This document shows positions 62,292 through 64,000 of a stretch of 64,000 bases of DNA, one piece after another (position 1 is the first letter of the stretch; each line of letters begins with the position of its first letter). The notes under the pieces are model-generated. The model was not told where the DNA came from, did no database searches, and was given only the letters and a program-made list of their open reading frames with translations. A program made the position numbers and the translations under genes. Source of the DNA: Octopus vulgaris (Eukaryota); the NCBI GenBank assembly GCA_951406725.2, contig OX597816.1, forward strand, positions 69,564,001 to 69,628,000, given 5' to 3'.

Positions 62292-63780
62292 CGTAACGTA
62301 TTTCCTGTATAAAAAAAAATCCAGATTGCTTTAGATATATATACTACCAAACACGCCCTTTCTTTGGACTGTCTAGGTTGCTTTGAGGGTTTTTTTTTCA
62401 CCAAATAATTGAACTACCGGGAAGGTTTATGAGTAGCACGGCAATCTACGTGTCTCATTAATCTAGGAACAGAAAATTGAAGGCTGGCTATTAGACAGGT
62501 ATCTTCTTGCCAGCATGAAATGTAAATAATTCGTTGTAAGGTATTTCTTGTATATAAAATAATCCAGATTATATATATACATATATACTAGAAAACACGC
62601 CCGTCCTTTGGACTATTTAAGTTTCTTTGAAGGTATTTTTTCACAAAATAATTGAACTACCGAAGTTTATAAGTAGCACAGCAACCTACATTTCCGATTA
62701 ATCCCCGAAAAGAAAACCAATTTAAAGGCTGGTTATTGTGGAGGTCGTTGCACTTTAATGATCATAGAACATACAAGCTTGCAAGCGAATCGAAGTAGAG
62801 CTACTGAAAAAGTTTTGGGAGTAGATTGTGGATATTGACCACAAAATATAGTTGTTTTACATGAAAGCGAAATTTTGTCAATATCAGCCACATAAATGGT
62901 GTAAGGAAATTGAAGGAAGACTTTGAAATTTACCCCCTATGAGTTTATTTTACTTAACATCAAAGGGAGCTATTTTTTTCGGAGCGAAGTATGACCGGTA
63001 CATTCAAAAATGCTAATATAATACTTGAAAAAGGGAACATACTTGCTAAGTGCTTACAGTGAATGAACACTCTGAAATTGACTTCAGGTAACGAAAAATG
63101 AAGACATGAAGAGTTTGACTTCAGGTTACAAATACTGTTTGGGATCTTGAGTAGTTCATAGTGAAAGATGTCGCGTTTGAAATATCATAATGGATGGGTA
63201 AAGAAGCATCTTTAAACAAACGTGTCAACAAATTGAAGAGAGGGAAGGGAACATCACCTTTCTAGTAACTCAGAATAGGTAAATGTAAGCTTGCTAAAGT
63301 TTAATACGGTTTAAATATGGAGATTAAGGTTGTTTGGTATTGCATATCCTTAGTCACTGTAATCTCCGTCTCACGTAGTCAGTCGAAGTAAATAGACAAA
63401 ATCCTTTCACTTTTAGAATATTTCTAACCAAGCTGTAATAAACAATTACAACATATTAATAAATAATAAATAAATAAAATATGAGAAAACGACTAAAAAA
63501 TTTCTCTATATACGACCATATAGATTTAAAAAGTATGGAAGACCCTATATACAAGAAAACTATGTACATACAGCGAATTAAAGAAAAACTCATGTAAACC
63601 ACCGATTTTCCCGGTTTGTCCATTTACGGGGGAGCTCTGGGAAAAATGTTATCGTGCTGAACATATCCTTGGAATAAAAGTAATGTGTGTGTAAAATATG
63701 GTGAAAATCGGTTGAGAATTGCGGAAATGTATGCGTTAGTTAATAGATACACACATACTGTGCTTTATGAATACTAAATA
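62292..63780 (+). mobile_element. Helitron/HINE-like non-autonomous element with a duplicated 5' region
   Basis: TACTA..AAACACGCCC.T.CTTTGGAC at 62343 and 62586; 3' region GTGTGTAAAATATGGTGAAAATCGGTTGAGAATTGCGGAAATGTAT is like HINE ends. Confidence 0.45.
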
Positions 63781-63803
63781 TATGTGGGTGATGCGCGTGT
63801 ATT

Positions 63804-63839
<36 letters not shown>

Positions 63840-63904
63840 AACACAGACACACATATATATATAACCACACGTGGACTGTTGGCGATTTTTCCTTCTTTCG
63901 ACAT

Positions 63905-64000
63905 TCTTGTTCCGACGAAGAGCTATGCTCTAGATATTAACAACACTTTCCCCTCACCGACCGTCTTATTAATATACTTCTTGTGCTCGTCCTCACGTTC
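63905..64000 (+). mobile_element. Penelope-type pLTR remnant with a degenerate hammerhead motif (runs off the window)
   Basis: UGUU-CCGACGA-AGAGC-UAU-GCUCU...AACA; the GAAA box is mutated. Confidence 0.45.

Overview
AT-rich eukaryotic intronic or intergenic DNA, saturated with microsatellites and transposable elements. The SINE families and repeat landscape look like a coleoid cephalopod, probably Octopus (my recognition, not a database result). I found no convincing host protein-coding exon; almost all short ORFs in the track are microsatellite artefacts. Main real elements: (1) a complete 2,355-bp Buster/Charlie-type hAT transposon with TIRs, a perfect 8-bp TSD and an uninterrupted ~590-codon transposase whose expected ATG reads ACG; (2) an RTE LINE with a 5' inversion in twin-priming geometry; (3) a second RTE 3' end carrying three zinc fingers; (4) a Penelope-like GIY-YIG fragment with a hammerhead ribozyme (HHR) motif; (5) several other minimal type-I HHR motifs, including a 234-bp near-perfect palindrome with one HHR in each arm; (6) decayed CR1, R4/Dong, Tc1 and Helitron-like remnants; (7) tRNA-derived SINEs, one family of which recurs as head-to-tail multimers with the same junction. 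Several local fold-back and tandem duplications are also visible. Boundaries of decayed elements are approximate.
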